A stretch of DNA of 10,367 nt from Azolla caroliniana (GCA_043228905.1 JBHGNT010001281.1:1-10367), one strand, 5' to 3'. Counted from the first letter of the stretch, positions 1 through 8,552 are shown. Translations and numbers: made by a program. The notes: generated from the letters alone by a model not told the origin.

Positions 1-371
1 GCAATTACAATAAAGCTTATATACGTGGCAGGCAATACTGTCATTTTCAACCTTTGGATTATGGGAAAGGATTGTGTATATGAAGCTGATTGAGAGAAAA
101 TTGTAGTTTCATTATCTCAAAGTGTTTTGCAATGATATACGACATCACTAAACATAAATGTCTTTTTTAAAGTGATCCTAACATTAAACCTAACAAAACC
201 CATGACTACTAGACACACACGATCAAAATTCCAAATGCACGTATAACGTCAATGCTTCACATTTTATGCTTTATCACATAATACAATGTTAATCTCAATG
301 CAATATATTATATTTTCCAATTTCAAATACGTTAAGCGATATAATCCAATGTTGGGTGCGTTAGAAAGCAT

Positions 372-1286
372 TCATAAATGAGGTACTATGAGTTTGCCTA
401 ATAGTTGCATATACACACTAGAGCTGAAGTATTCATTTGTCTTAGCCTTTAGGATTACCATGCCTCGTAGGAGTATGGATGAATCCAATGTTCTAAGAAC
501 TATCAAACAATCCTTAGTTTGAACTATATGGGCAAGGAGAGTTTGTAATCGACTTTTGTAGATGAACAATCAATGTCATGGATATATTCTATCTCTACAT
601 TGGCTTCATACCCCAATTCAAATATTCTGTATGATCATGGAATTAGTTTTATCCATTGAGCTTTTTTGTTTTTGAAAGATTCACCTTAGTATATCCCTTG
701 AAAACTGTACATGGAGAAAACACATAAGGAGACATATCATCTCACTTCTATCGTGATACAAAGGCTAGTATAAGCATATGATCCAGCAAATGTTGTCATA
801 TATGAAACAAGTAGAACAATAAAGATTAGTTATGCAACATAAAAGAAGGTATGGCATAATTCCACTTCAGACTGGAAGTTGTATCCGAAAATAAGTGAAG
901 TCCTTGCCATCAGCTCTTAAAGTTTCATCCATAGAGTTAGGAAGATATTCAAGGAATTTGTCAAATATGAACACTATGACAAGCAAGTATAGTGAAGAAA
1001 GTTAGAGTAAAAGTGGATGTAGTTATCGCTCATACTCACCAAAATTTGGAAGCCAATACTTATAAAAGTCAATACATTTGTCTACCCACCCATACAAAAG
1101 ATCCAATACAACTAGCTCTCTCTAAACAATCGTTTTTTGAAGGTTGAATGTAGCGAGAGTGGCAGTACCAAGTACCACTTGATGCCATGGCGGTGGTATG
1201 GAACGCCGATCAAGGCTCATGTCCATCTCGATTCCTTCATTCGAGGGTGGTGAGGTGGATCGGCACCCTTCTTTACTATCTATCAT
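372..1286 (-). pseudogene. Decayed intron-containing gene of unrecognised family
   Basis: ATG at 1286 opens [81 protein letters not shown] (one TAG at 1124-1122) to 1040. Intron 1039-974 (GTGAGT...CTAAC...pyrimidine tract...TAG) joins in phase 1 to VFIFDKFLEYLPNSMDETLRADGKDFTYFRIQLP (973-873). A second acceptor candidate TTTTCTCCATGTACAG ends at 705. Track ORF 372..569 is in the same frame as the ATG. The 3' structure is uncertain. Confidence 0.5.
974..1039 (-). other. Canonical 66-nt GT-AG spliceosomal intron
   Basis: Minus strand gtgagtatgagcgataactacatccacttttactctaactttcttcactatacttgcttgtcatag: donor GTGAGT, branch-like CTAAC about 30 nt before the end, T/C-rich tract, YAG acceptor. It contains in-frame stops while the flanks are open. 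Confidence 0.55.
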
Positions 1287-1494
1287 TTATTTCCTTATTT
1301 CATACATACATTAGAAATAATTTATAACCTGAAGACCTCTTTGTTGTGCACCAGTAACAAGTTATGCATGTTCTACTCCTAGAGGTCCCAACAACTTCAA
1401 GTGGTGTTTTAAATACTTTCTATACTAATTGAATGATTCTTGTACATAAGCCTAAGGATGCTTTACACTTTACTTGATGATCTAGTGATCTAGA

Positions 1495-1597
1495 TTGATC
1501 CTAAGCTCTTTCACATCAAAAGTCACTTTGAGATCTTGTATCCTTGAACCTTTTCCATGCTTAAACCGCCAACTTGATCCTTAACCCTTTTACATCA
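1495..1597. repeat. Degenerate 3-copy direct repeat, period about 38-41 nt
   Basis: ttgatcctaagctctttcacatca (1495-1518), ttgtatccttgaaccttttccatg (1536-1559), ttgatccttaacccttttacatca (1574-1597). Confidence 0.6.
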
Positions 1598-1669
1598 TCA
1601 TAAGGTGCTCCAAGATATCAAACCAGCCCCATCATGTTTCTAGCTAGGGAACCTTTTTCTTTCCATGAC

Positions 1670-2090
1670 TAATTTGCAGGACTGTGTAATCGTGATACAT
1701 CAATGATGCGCATGCTAAACCATTTTATGAGATATCCTTGCAAAGTCCATGATATACATAAGACAATGTTTGTCCATTTCATCTCCAACCATGTATTGTC
1801 CTAATAATTCCATTTTAAAAATAATTAGCCAAAACATTATGTGGTATCTTTGGGTGATATAAAAAATAAGCCAAATTTCAATAATAGTTTTATTGGTTAA
1901 CCAAGTGAGTGGAAAGGATGAAAACATGGTGGTATTTGGTGGGCACATCTCATTAGGAGCATATTGGTCAACCAAGTTAGTGGATTTGGATATAAGCATT
2001 CATTGGTTAAACAAGAAAAGAGTGCGTTCCCACAATGGAAGGCAAGGTTCAAAGTCATTTCCATTGTTATGAGATGAAAAATGAAAAATA
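1670..2090 (+). mobile_element. Eroded L1-like LINE ORF2 C-terminus (zf-RVT-like region)
   Basis: Read through frameshifts: C-R-x-C (tgcaggactgtgt from 1675); H/IL*D..AKS (1721-1748), resembling 'H.LWDCP.AK..W'; then IMWYLWV..KNKPNFNN (1836-1885), resembling 'W.IW..RN...F'. The order matches plant L1 ORF2 ends. An A-rich tract follows near 2076-2092. Confidence 0.5.
1891..2015. repeat. 23-nt direct repeat with palindromic core, two full copies plus one partial
   Basis: tattggttaaccaagtgagtgga (1891-1913) versus tattggtcaaccaagttagtgga (1962-1984), 21/23 identical; partial cattggttaaacaag (2001-2015). Core TTGGTTAACCAA is a perfect 12-bp palindrome. Confidence 0.75.
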
Positions 2091-3607
2091 AAGCCATCAA
2101 GCTTCTTCTTCTTTTCAATTACTACAGAAAAACACAAGAGCTAAAATCAATTCATTACGAAACGCAATTAGGGAAATCACATATTTAAGTTAATTAATAA
2201 ATAATCATTTAATATATACGATAATGCTAATTACAATAAGATCTCATTACATGAGAGAGCATATGTTATTGATGTGACTATCATTGTATTTACCATGTAT
2301 TTTGAAGTAATTTTCGTTGTGATTTCGTGGACAAACTTGTCACAGAACATGGATGAACGTGTCAGCCACACTAAACTTGGGGTTTTTAACACTAATGTCA
2401 CACACAAAATTATTTGTTTGATTGTTTACCTATGGCCATTGACATACATATAAATTAATGATAAAGATATCACTTTAAAGGCTTAAAAAGTATGTCGATT
2501 GTCTGTGTGCTCATCAATGAGAAAAAAGCAGAGGTAACCATTTCAAGTCTGTGTTATCTAAAAGGGGCCTTCTTTTGACAAATGTTCAAATAAAAATAGC
2601 TCTAGTTCTTATCGTGACAAAAGTTTAGAGACAAGACTTTTTTCTTTTTGAGGTCTTCCTTTCTGTATATAGTAATTAAAGTGAGCGGCTTAAACTAGTT
2701 TAATTAAAGCGGTTGTCGGTAGAAAAACTTGCACGACCAAGTTAAGACTTTACGTGAATTAGGTTAGAATTACCGATAATATAATATCTTGCACATACAA
2801 CACTTACTTATAATAGAGCATCTTGAATATATGTGTATGTGTAAGATATGTGTATTATAAGTGTAACATCATCTGTATAAAGCTAACCTCTTGTACCCAA
2901 AAGCGGTCATCTTGTCATTGTTTTGTTTTTATATTTGAGACATGTTTCTCCAAACATGACGACATTGTGCACAATAATGCATTGTATACACCTTGTTTTA
3001 ATTACATTTTTATGTGGGTTTGTATCGAGTAGGAGTTTCGTCCGTGGCTTTACGAAGGACATGTGCATCGGATCATGTGTGGCGCTTCAACATGTAGTGG
3101 TCATGACAAATTGTTCAGAAAGCAAAGGTCTCAATGCATTGCCCTTCCTGAGCTTTTTAAATATGTGAACTTTTGCCCCCAGCTTTTTAAGTAGAAAGAA
3201 AGATGTTTTTAAAACATGTACATATGTGAGATAGCAATCCTAAGTCGTTGTGCCAAATCCCACAATTCGATGAATTTGATTAATTGAAGTTTGCATACTT
3301 TCACATATATAGTAATTGCTTCAAAGTCTATGACCTACTCCTAGGGTCTATTTTGTATAATTTGAAACTAGAGACTTTTTTGGCATGGCCTTGGCAACCC
3401 TTGGAATGTGGAAAGTGATTTGTAAAGCCATGTTTTTCGCAAATTTGTTTTTTTTTTTCCCAAAATGAAGCTACTTTCCCATTAGTAAGGAAGGATTATT
3501 ACAAGGAGGCTTAAACATAGATCGGGGAATCTCCCTCCGATCAAGTTCAAGATAATGAGACTAGTTACAACGCCTTTCGATTGACTACTTAATGTAAGTA
3601 CCTATAG

Positions 3608-3895
3608 CTAAAAACGATGTCCTTCAGTGATGGCTAGTACGAGACAACTCCTGGGGTTGACAACGAAGGGAGGGTGGTAAGTGAGACGGAAACAACCAGC
3701 GTGGGGGCTGATAGTTCCACCTCGGGCCACTTCCTCCTTGTGTCTCCATAGGCATGTTCCACCATTTCTGCCAAAAGCGCAAACGGGCAGTAACCACGTC
3801 GGTGGAATGGCTGCAAACCTCATCCAATTGCCCTCATAGGCAGCTGATAAGCGCAAACCATATGTCCATGATCACTTTCCTCTGGGGGGCGCGTT
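3608..3895 (-). mobile_element. GC-rich coding-like relic, possibly a LINE ORF1 zinc-knuckle region
   Basis: Sharp rise in GC content. Minus frames give AYEGNWMR then LQPFHRRGYCP (H-x4-C-P) followed by an S/T/P-rich stretch, resembling 'YE.LP..C..C...GH....CP', but the CxxC half is missing. Confidence 0.25.
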
Positions 3896-3974
3896 GCCTA
3901 AATTAGTTTGTTACCAAGATCTAAAAGTAGAGTTGTGACACATTTCTATAATGAAACCAACATCAAACACAAAT

Positions 3975-4600
3975 GCATCTAATTCTTCGCATTTCTCCCA
4001 TTCTCGATCCTTCTTACTAGTATTTTTATTTGCACTATATCAAATTGCCCAAATGCTCGTCAATTAATCCCTACAAAGAGAAGTTGCATAGATTGTCTAA
4101 AAGTACAAACGTTCCAATGATATCGAGGGTTATTCTTTACAAGAGAAGCAATAGTTGGGATATTACATGGCCTTAAAAAAGAAGGCGGAGATTGGAATCA
4201 TCATTGAAAAATTTTAAGACGTCCATTGTGTTATTGAACATGTCGTCGGTAATGAATGCAAAATAATACCTTGGATGTATAATTTGCTAAAATTTATAAT
4301 GATGCTAGGTAGGTCTTGATCAGAAGAGTTGTTTCTTTCTTTTACAATATTGGTATGAAAGGATACATGGACTACAAAGCATGATTGTATGGGGGATATC
4401 TGTTATGTGCTTAACTCCTTAAGAATGAATACCATCATACCATGTAGATTTTGGCATGAAGATTGAATTCGTAGAAAGGTCTAAGGAATTAATCCTTATG
4501 TGGACAATGGAACTAAAAAATGTAGACGTGATGAAATACAATATGAGTCTTGCAAAGTTGAAAGAGTGCCTTGTACACATGTTGTCACTAACTTAATCTC
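3975..4600 (+). mobile_element. Eroded L1-like LINE ORF2, segment just downstream of the RT domain
   Basis: Ordered motifs through frameshifts: ..PSY*YF..IKLPK (KLPK at 4042-4053), TFQ*YRG (like FLW.G), SWDITWP / KKEGG / IGII (4153-4202, like 'W..IC.PK.EGGLGI'), then IPWMYNLL (~4266-4289). Confidence 0.6.
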
Positions 4601-5125
4601 AAGGTTTGTGATGAGATTTCACATTTGATGTCAACTTGGCTCCATGGTTGGTTTAAGCACAATATGTGATCAACCGAGTAATCTAGTAGTTTTCCACAAC
4701 AACTTGTTTTCCTTAGTTTGAGTTTTCTTTTTGTTTTCTTCACACCATTGGGTCTTTGATTGATTTCGTTTTGATACAAATTGTTTCCACCCTCTTTTGT
4801 GATGAGTGTTGTTGTGCGTGAAAGGAAGGCTTTATTTAATTGAAAACGATCTTGACACTACTTGCCAAAGTTTGTCTTCCTTCATTGCTTCTTCTTTGTA
4901 TGTTTCCTTCTTGGTTGCTTATGTTATATTGCATCATGTGTTTTCTACTTCCCCTGTGTGTAACTTGTTCCATTACGTAAGTTAATCATGCACATAACTC
5001 GAATATAAGAAAATCATAAAATGAGTGTTGCACTTGGGTAGCTTCATAATTTCCATTGTAAAAATACTCTCAAATAGAAATATACTACTTGATAAGGTTG
5101 GGTTAACATTACGCTACATATGCCC

Positions 5126-5168
5126 GAGATTGTATGTGCTAGGTGACTAGCACTTTAAATATAATCTC
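5126..5168. other. Stem-loop with about 17-bp stem and 5-nt bulge
   Basis: gagattgtat-gtgctag / gtga / ctagcac-tttaa-atataatctc: a perfect 7-bp inner stem (5136-5153) plus a 10-bp outer stem with one G-T pair. Confidence 0.6.
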
Positions 5169-5499
5169 AAATTCTAGGTCTATGTTCCCCTAGACACTAA
5201 ACAAACAAACTGCCTAGCCGCTAATGGTTTTTTTTTGCTTTTATGTCATCCTCCTAACCACCCTAACAATAATATGCATTGTCACGAGAATCACGGAAGC
5301 CATGTTAAGGCTAGCTCCCTTTAGAAGGAAGAAAATGTTAAGTTTGATAAAAAGAAATTAGTTGAGCTCGTTGAGAGGAAATAAAGAAAGTCGTAAGATC
5401 ATTATAGTGTGTGGTTTCATATCTTACATCCATTATTATTTCCTCATCTAGCACTCTCGTAATTTGGGACATGTTTGCTTTATCCCTTTGTCTTTAGAT

Positions 5500-6330
5500 G
5501 TCCGCACATGGTAGGACAATCAAGTGGCACCACCTTGATTGGTTTTTGAAACAACTGACAAGGCTTGAGTGGTTATGGCGGGACGATAATCAAAATAATT
5601 CTACAAATTTTAGAAAGTATTCATTGGATTGTTGTTCTTAAAGACTCATTATCCAACTTGGAGACCAATATGGATCATGCTTTTGTCTCGCGAATGTTTA
5701 AAGACTATAAAGAATGTGGTCCAATATCTTGAAATATATTATCTTTTGGGGTGTGCAAGATGAATGCATGGCTCTCGATGTATCACATGCCACTCTATCA
5801 ACAACCTATTTTTGGACCATACCGCGGTGCATTATTGGATGGAACGTAATATAGATTTCAGCTCATGGTTTGCCTTTGGCGGACTTCAACGACAAATTGA
5901 CATGTATATGGAATGTCAACTTGAAAATTTTCCACATAACTTGCAATGATGTGTAGGATATGTGAAATAACAAGTCAATGGAGTCGTCAAGATATTCTTG
6001 TGTCACAAGGAACGTCTATTTGGGGATTTCTACTTCACCTAGTCTGGACTTATCCCTATACAACATTTTTCTGCATCAAATGACCTATACTATAGAGTTT
6101 TGGTTGTTGCTCGTCCAATCGATGAACTGTTTGGCATTTTACCCTTCAACTTTTGGTCGTATTGTTTTGACAGTTTGGTTTTGTGATCGATGGACACTCT
6201 TGATTGTTGGTAATGAGTACAATCCTGGGCAATCCAATCCATATCAATTATTTGGGTTTTCCCTCCGCCAATCCCTTTATGGTTATCATGCTTGCGATGA
6301 TATTGGTGAGAGCATTTATGTCGAGTTCTT
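5500..6330 (+). mobile_element. Eroded L1-like LINE ORF2 C-terminus (zf-RVT-like region)
   Basis: YWMERNIDFSSWFAFGGL (to 5886; like 'W..K..F.W....G.LP'), CRICE (5952-5966), ES.R, SIWGFL (6015-6032) and WTLLIVGNE (6191-6217). The last is two point changes (TTG/TGG, GGT/CGT) from W-x-x-W-x-x-R-N-E. Track ORFs 5764..5949, 5978..6376 and 6204..6401 are fragments overlapping this relic. Confidence 0.55.
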
Positions 6331-6764
6331 TAATGTATGTAAATCACACATTTTTAAATATTCTTTGTGGGTTTAAAATCACTTTGGATTTTTTATTTTA
6401 AAAATTCCTTCTTAGTGCAAGACTGACAAAATAAAAATGCCCATCAATCCATTGGCAAAAACAAAATTTTGTTATCGTGGGCAAACACAATGTAACTCCC
6501 TTCATGGATTGGAAAGAAACTAAAACGCAAAGATTAATGAAGAAAAAAAACTAATTGAATTTATGTTTTGTCAAAATCAGAAATTTTATTTTATTTTTTA
6601 TATGTGAGAAGAGAAGACGACCCTTTTGAATTATATGGTTTTTGTTTTTTATTTTTATTTTTGTGAGAGGGGAATGCGTTGGCCATTAAACACAAGACAC
6701 CCCCCCACCACCCTTGATTCAATGAATATATTGAATATGCCAAAGAGTGGTATGCCTAGGAGAA

Positions 6765-7110
6765 TGCATGTTGCACATGGAATGGAAGGTTATAAACAAG
6801 TTCATGGGTATTGTGTAGATGTATTGGAGCGTGCATGGTTGCACATGGAATGTAGTTAGGATATAGATGTTCATGGATATGTCATGACTCATGCGTATGT
6901 CAAGGATGGGACACCGGATGGTATGATTATGAGAATCCATGGTATAAATGTTCATTGATACGCCCTATATGTGTAAATGATCTCTCTTGAATAAGTGTAT
7001 GATTAGGGGAAGATATGTGGTCACACAAGGTTAGTAAGGACATAGTACATACACAATTATGAGTATGTCAAGGGTACGTTATGGACGGACACGGATATAG
7101 TATAACACGA
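6765..7110. repeat. Degenerate CATG/ATGG-rich tandem repeat, period about 67-80 nt
   Basis: tgcatgttgcacatggaatg (6765-6784) and tgcatggttgcacatggaatg (6832-6852); gttcatgggtat, gttcatggatat and gttcattgatac recur at ~6800, ~6869 and ~6950; gtatgtcaagg occurs at ~6895 and ~7063. Confidence 0.5.
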
Positions 7111-7738
7111 TTAAGTATACCAAACTCGAAAGTCCATTGACACTTTGTGCAAATCATTTTCATAAAGGGACATATGGATGCTACAATGTGCATAAATATC
7201 ATGAAAATGTTGCGTGTTACTAATTATGCTATCTAAGAAATAAGCAAACACTCAAAGCTACAAATATAGTTTTTATCATTACATCCATAGAAAATATGGT
7301 GTCCAAAAGATTGCACATGGATAAACTTATTATTCATCAATTACTCATGTGTCGGAAAATGTGATTCATTCACAAATGCCGAAAAATCCCCAATATTAAA
7401 TTGGCACAAGAGGAGATGTTCAAATAACCACGCAAATCTCTCAAAAAATCTAAGCTCTCTGATAATCATGCAAATCCCATTCATTTTGAACTTTGAATCT
7501 ACGGAGCTACGTTGTAGGTTGTGAAGTTAACATCATAATTCCCCTAGCTTTAATTTCTTGTGGACAAACTCACACATCAAGTTATGGGAGGACATTAAGC
7601 CACTAAGTGGATGTGCTTGAGTGCTTACGAAAAGTCTAATGTCGTCTTGTGTGTAAACGACCTTCAAAGTTTGAACTCTTAAATTGAGGTCATGGTGGGT
7701 ATTGTCTTTGGACCCCTCCACCCTCTCTCTCTTTCCAT
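7111..7738 (-). pseudogene. Tandem paralog copy B of an unrecognised ~210-aa ORF
   Basis: ataATGG at 7738; THHDLNLRVQTLKVVYTQDDIRLFV, then after a frameshift V*VCPQEIKARGIMMLTSQPTT*LRRFKVQNEWDLHDYQRA*IF*EICVVI*TSPLVPI*YWGFFGICE*ITFSD, with the same frame running to ...AHCSIHMS...RVWYT* at 7113-7111. It aligns colinearly with copy A. The 3' end is tentative. Confidence 0.6.
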
Positions 7739-7749
7739 TATAATTTATG

Positions 7750-7760
7750 CATATTTTATT
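7750..7760 (-). promoter_or_regulatory. AATAAAATATG motif 11 nt upstream of copy B ATG
   Basis: An identical 11-mer lies at 8480-8490, 8 nt upstream of the copy A ATG. Function is inferred from position only. Confidence 0.3.
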
Positions 7761-7828
7761 TGTAACAAAACGATGAATGTATTTGAATATGAGCACACAT
7801 TATTGACCTGAAATATATGTGCATTTAC

Positions 7829-8471
7829 CTAGAGCTCCCAAAAGACCAACTACGATTTCTCAATGTCACATTGAGTTTTAAGTCCCCAGGTGTCCCAATT
7901 ACTACCATTCAGAATTCCATGATTGCTTCACAATTTCCACAAGAATTTAATTTCCCCAAATTTCTATGCAGCCGACTTCATTAGTCCCTCTATTTTTGGT
8001 CAAATAGATCTTCTTCATTAATGTATAATCGCTCCCAAATGCCGAAAAACCCCTCAACCTTATATTGGAATGAGGTGGCATGGACTAGAAGAAACGCCTC
8101 AAATAATTGTACAATATTTCGAAGCTTTTAGGCTTCTTTGGCTTTATCCCCATTCACTTTAACTTTGAGTTGGTATAGTGTTAGTTTTAGATTCAACTTA
8201 CCAGTATAATTCCCTTGGCTTTAAATTCCTGCGGACAAACTCGCACACATCAAGTGATGTAAACATTTGCATTGAAGAAATGGCAGCACCAAGATCGTAG
8301 ATTTTGGTACAAGAATAACCTGACAAATACCCTGTCCAACATGTACCATAAGGATTTATTACATTGGGTAAATCACAATGCATGGTGGGGGAAACTTGAG
8401 GCGACCTTATCTTCGTAGATGAGAACCTTCGAGAACGGTTAAAACGTTGGGAAGTGTCTCCACATCGCCAT
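7829..8471 (-). pseudogene. Tandem paralog copy A of an unrecognised ~210-aa ORF
   Basis: aaaaATGGCG (strong plant start context) at 8471 is in frame for about 90 codons: MAMWRHFPTF*PFSKVLIYEDKVASSFPHHAL*FTQCNKSLWYMLDRVFVRLFLYQNLRSWCCHFFNANVYIT*CVRVCPQEFKAKGIIL. Then, through frameshifts, LKV-SEW...CTII*...LIPI*G*G-FFGIWERLYINEEDLFD...TQCDIEKS*LVFWEL* (TAG 7831-7829). Confidence 0.6.
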
Positions 8472-8479
8472 TTTTAAAT

Positions 8480-8490
8480 CATATTTTATT
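8480..8490 (-). promoter_or_regulatory. AATAAAATATG motif 8 nt upstream of copy A ATG
   Basis: Plus strand catattttatt, identical to 7750-7760. Confidence 0.3.
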
Positions 8491-8548
8491 GTTTCAAAAT
8501 TACCTCAATAGTACCATATGTAGTTTAGATTTTTAGTACCACTCACTT

Positions 8549-8552
<4 letters not shown>

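Noticed and set aside
885-915. DGKDFTY resembling DGHY*DFTF near 9905-9930 (minus strand) as evidence of paralogy
   Set aside because: The match is too short and has no supporting flanking similarity.
1299-1316. Peptide FIHTLE on the + strand here and on the - strand at ~9771-9788
   Set aside because: The flanks do not align, and an isolated 6-aa match among six-frame translations of 10 kb is expected by chance.
1891-2015. CRISPR array
   Set aside because: Only two full repeats, irregular spacing, no cas genes and a eukaryotic context.
2690-2975. Short palindromes (ttaaactagtttaa 2690-2703, catgtttctccaaacatg 2941-2958, attgtgcacaat 2964-2975)
   Set aside because: They are AT-rich and short with no associated element boundary, compatible with chance.
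4495-4590. SWIM zinc finger of a MULE transposase (VDNGTKKCRR...VPCTHVV)
   Set aside because: The second Cys of CxC is absent, no other MULE motifs are nearby, and the segment is contiguous with a LINE ORF2 relic. Probably chance.
8196-8202. G|GTAAGT splice donor inside paralog A
   Set aside because: Peptide similarity to copy B continues downstream, and copy B lacks the GT and stays in one frame through this region.
8198-8383. Track ORFs 8198..8383 and 7533..7796 sharing CEFV...LK..EL as the real proteins
   Set aside because: Substitutions between the copies are silent in the adjacent frame (VCPQE.KA.GI), not in this one, so the shared CEFV motif is an off-frame shadow.
7111-8471. Firm call of an endogenous giant-virus segment
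   Set aside because: No viral hallmark gene is recognisable. Compact spacing alone is insufficient, so it is kept only as a hypothesis.
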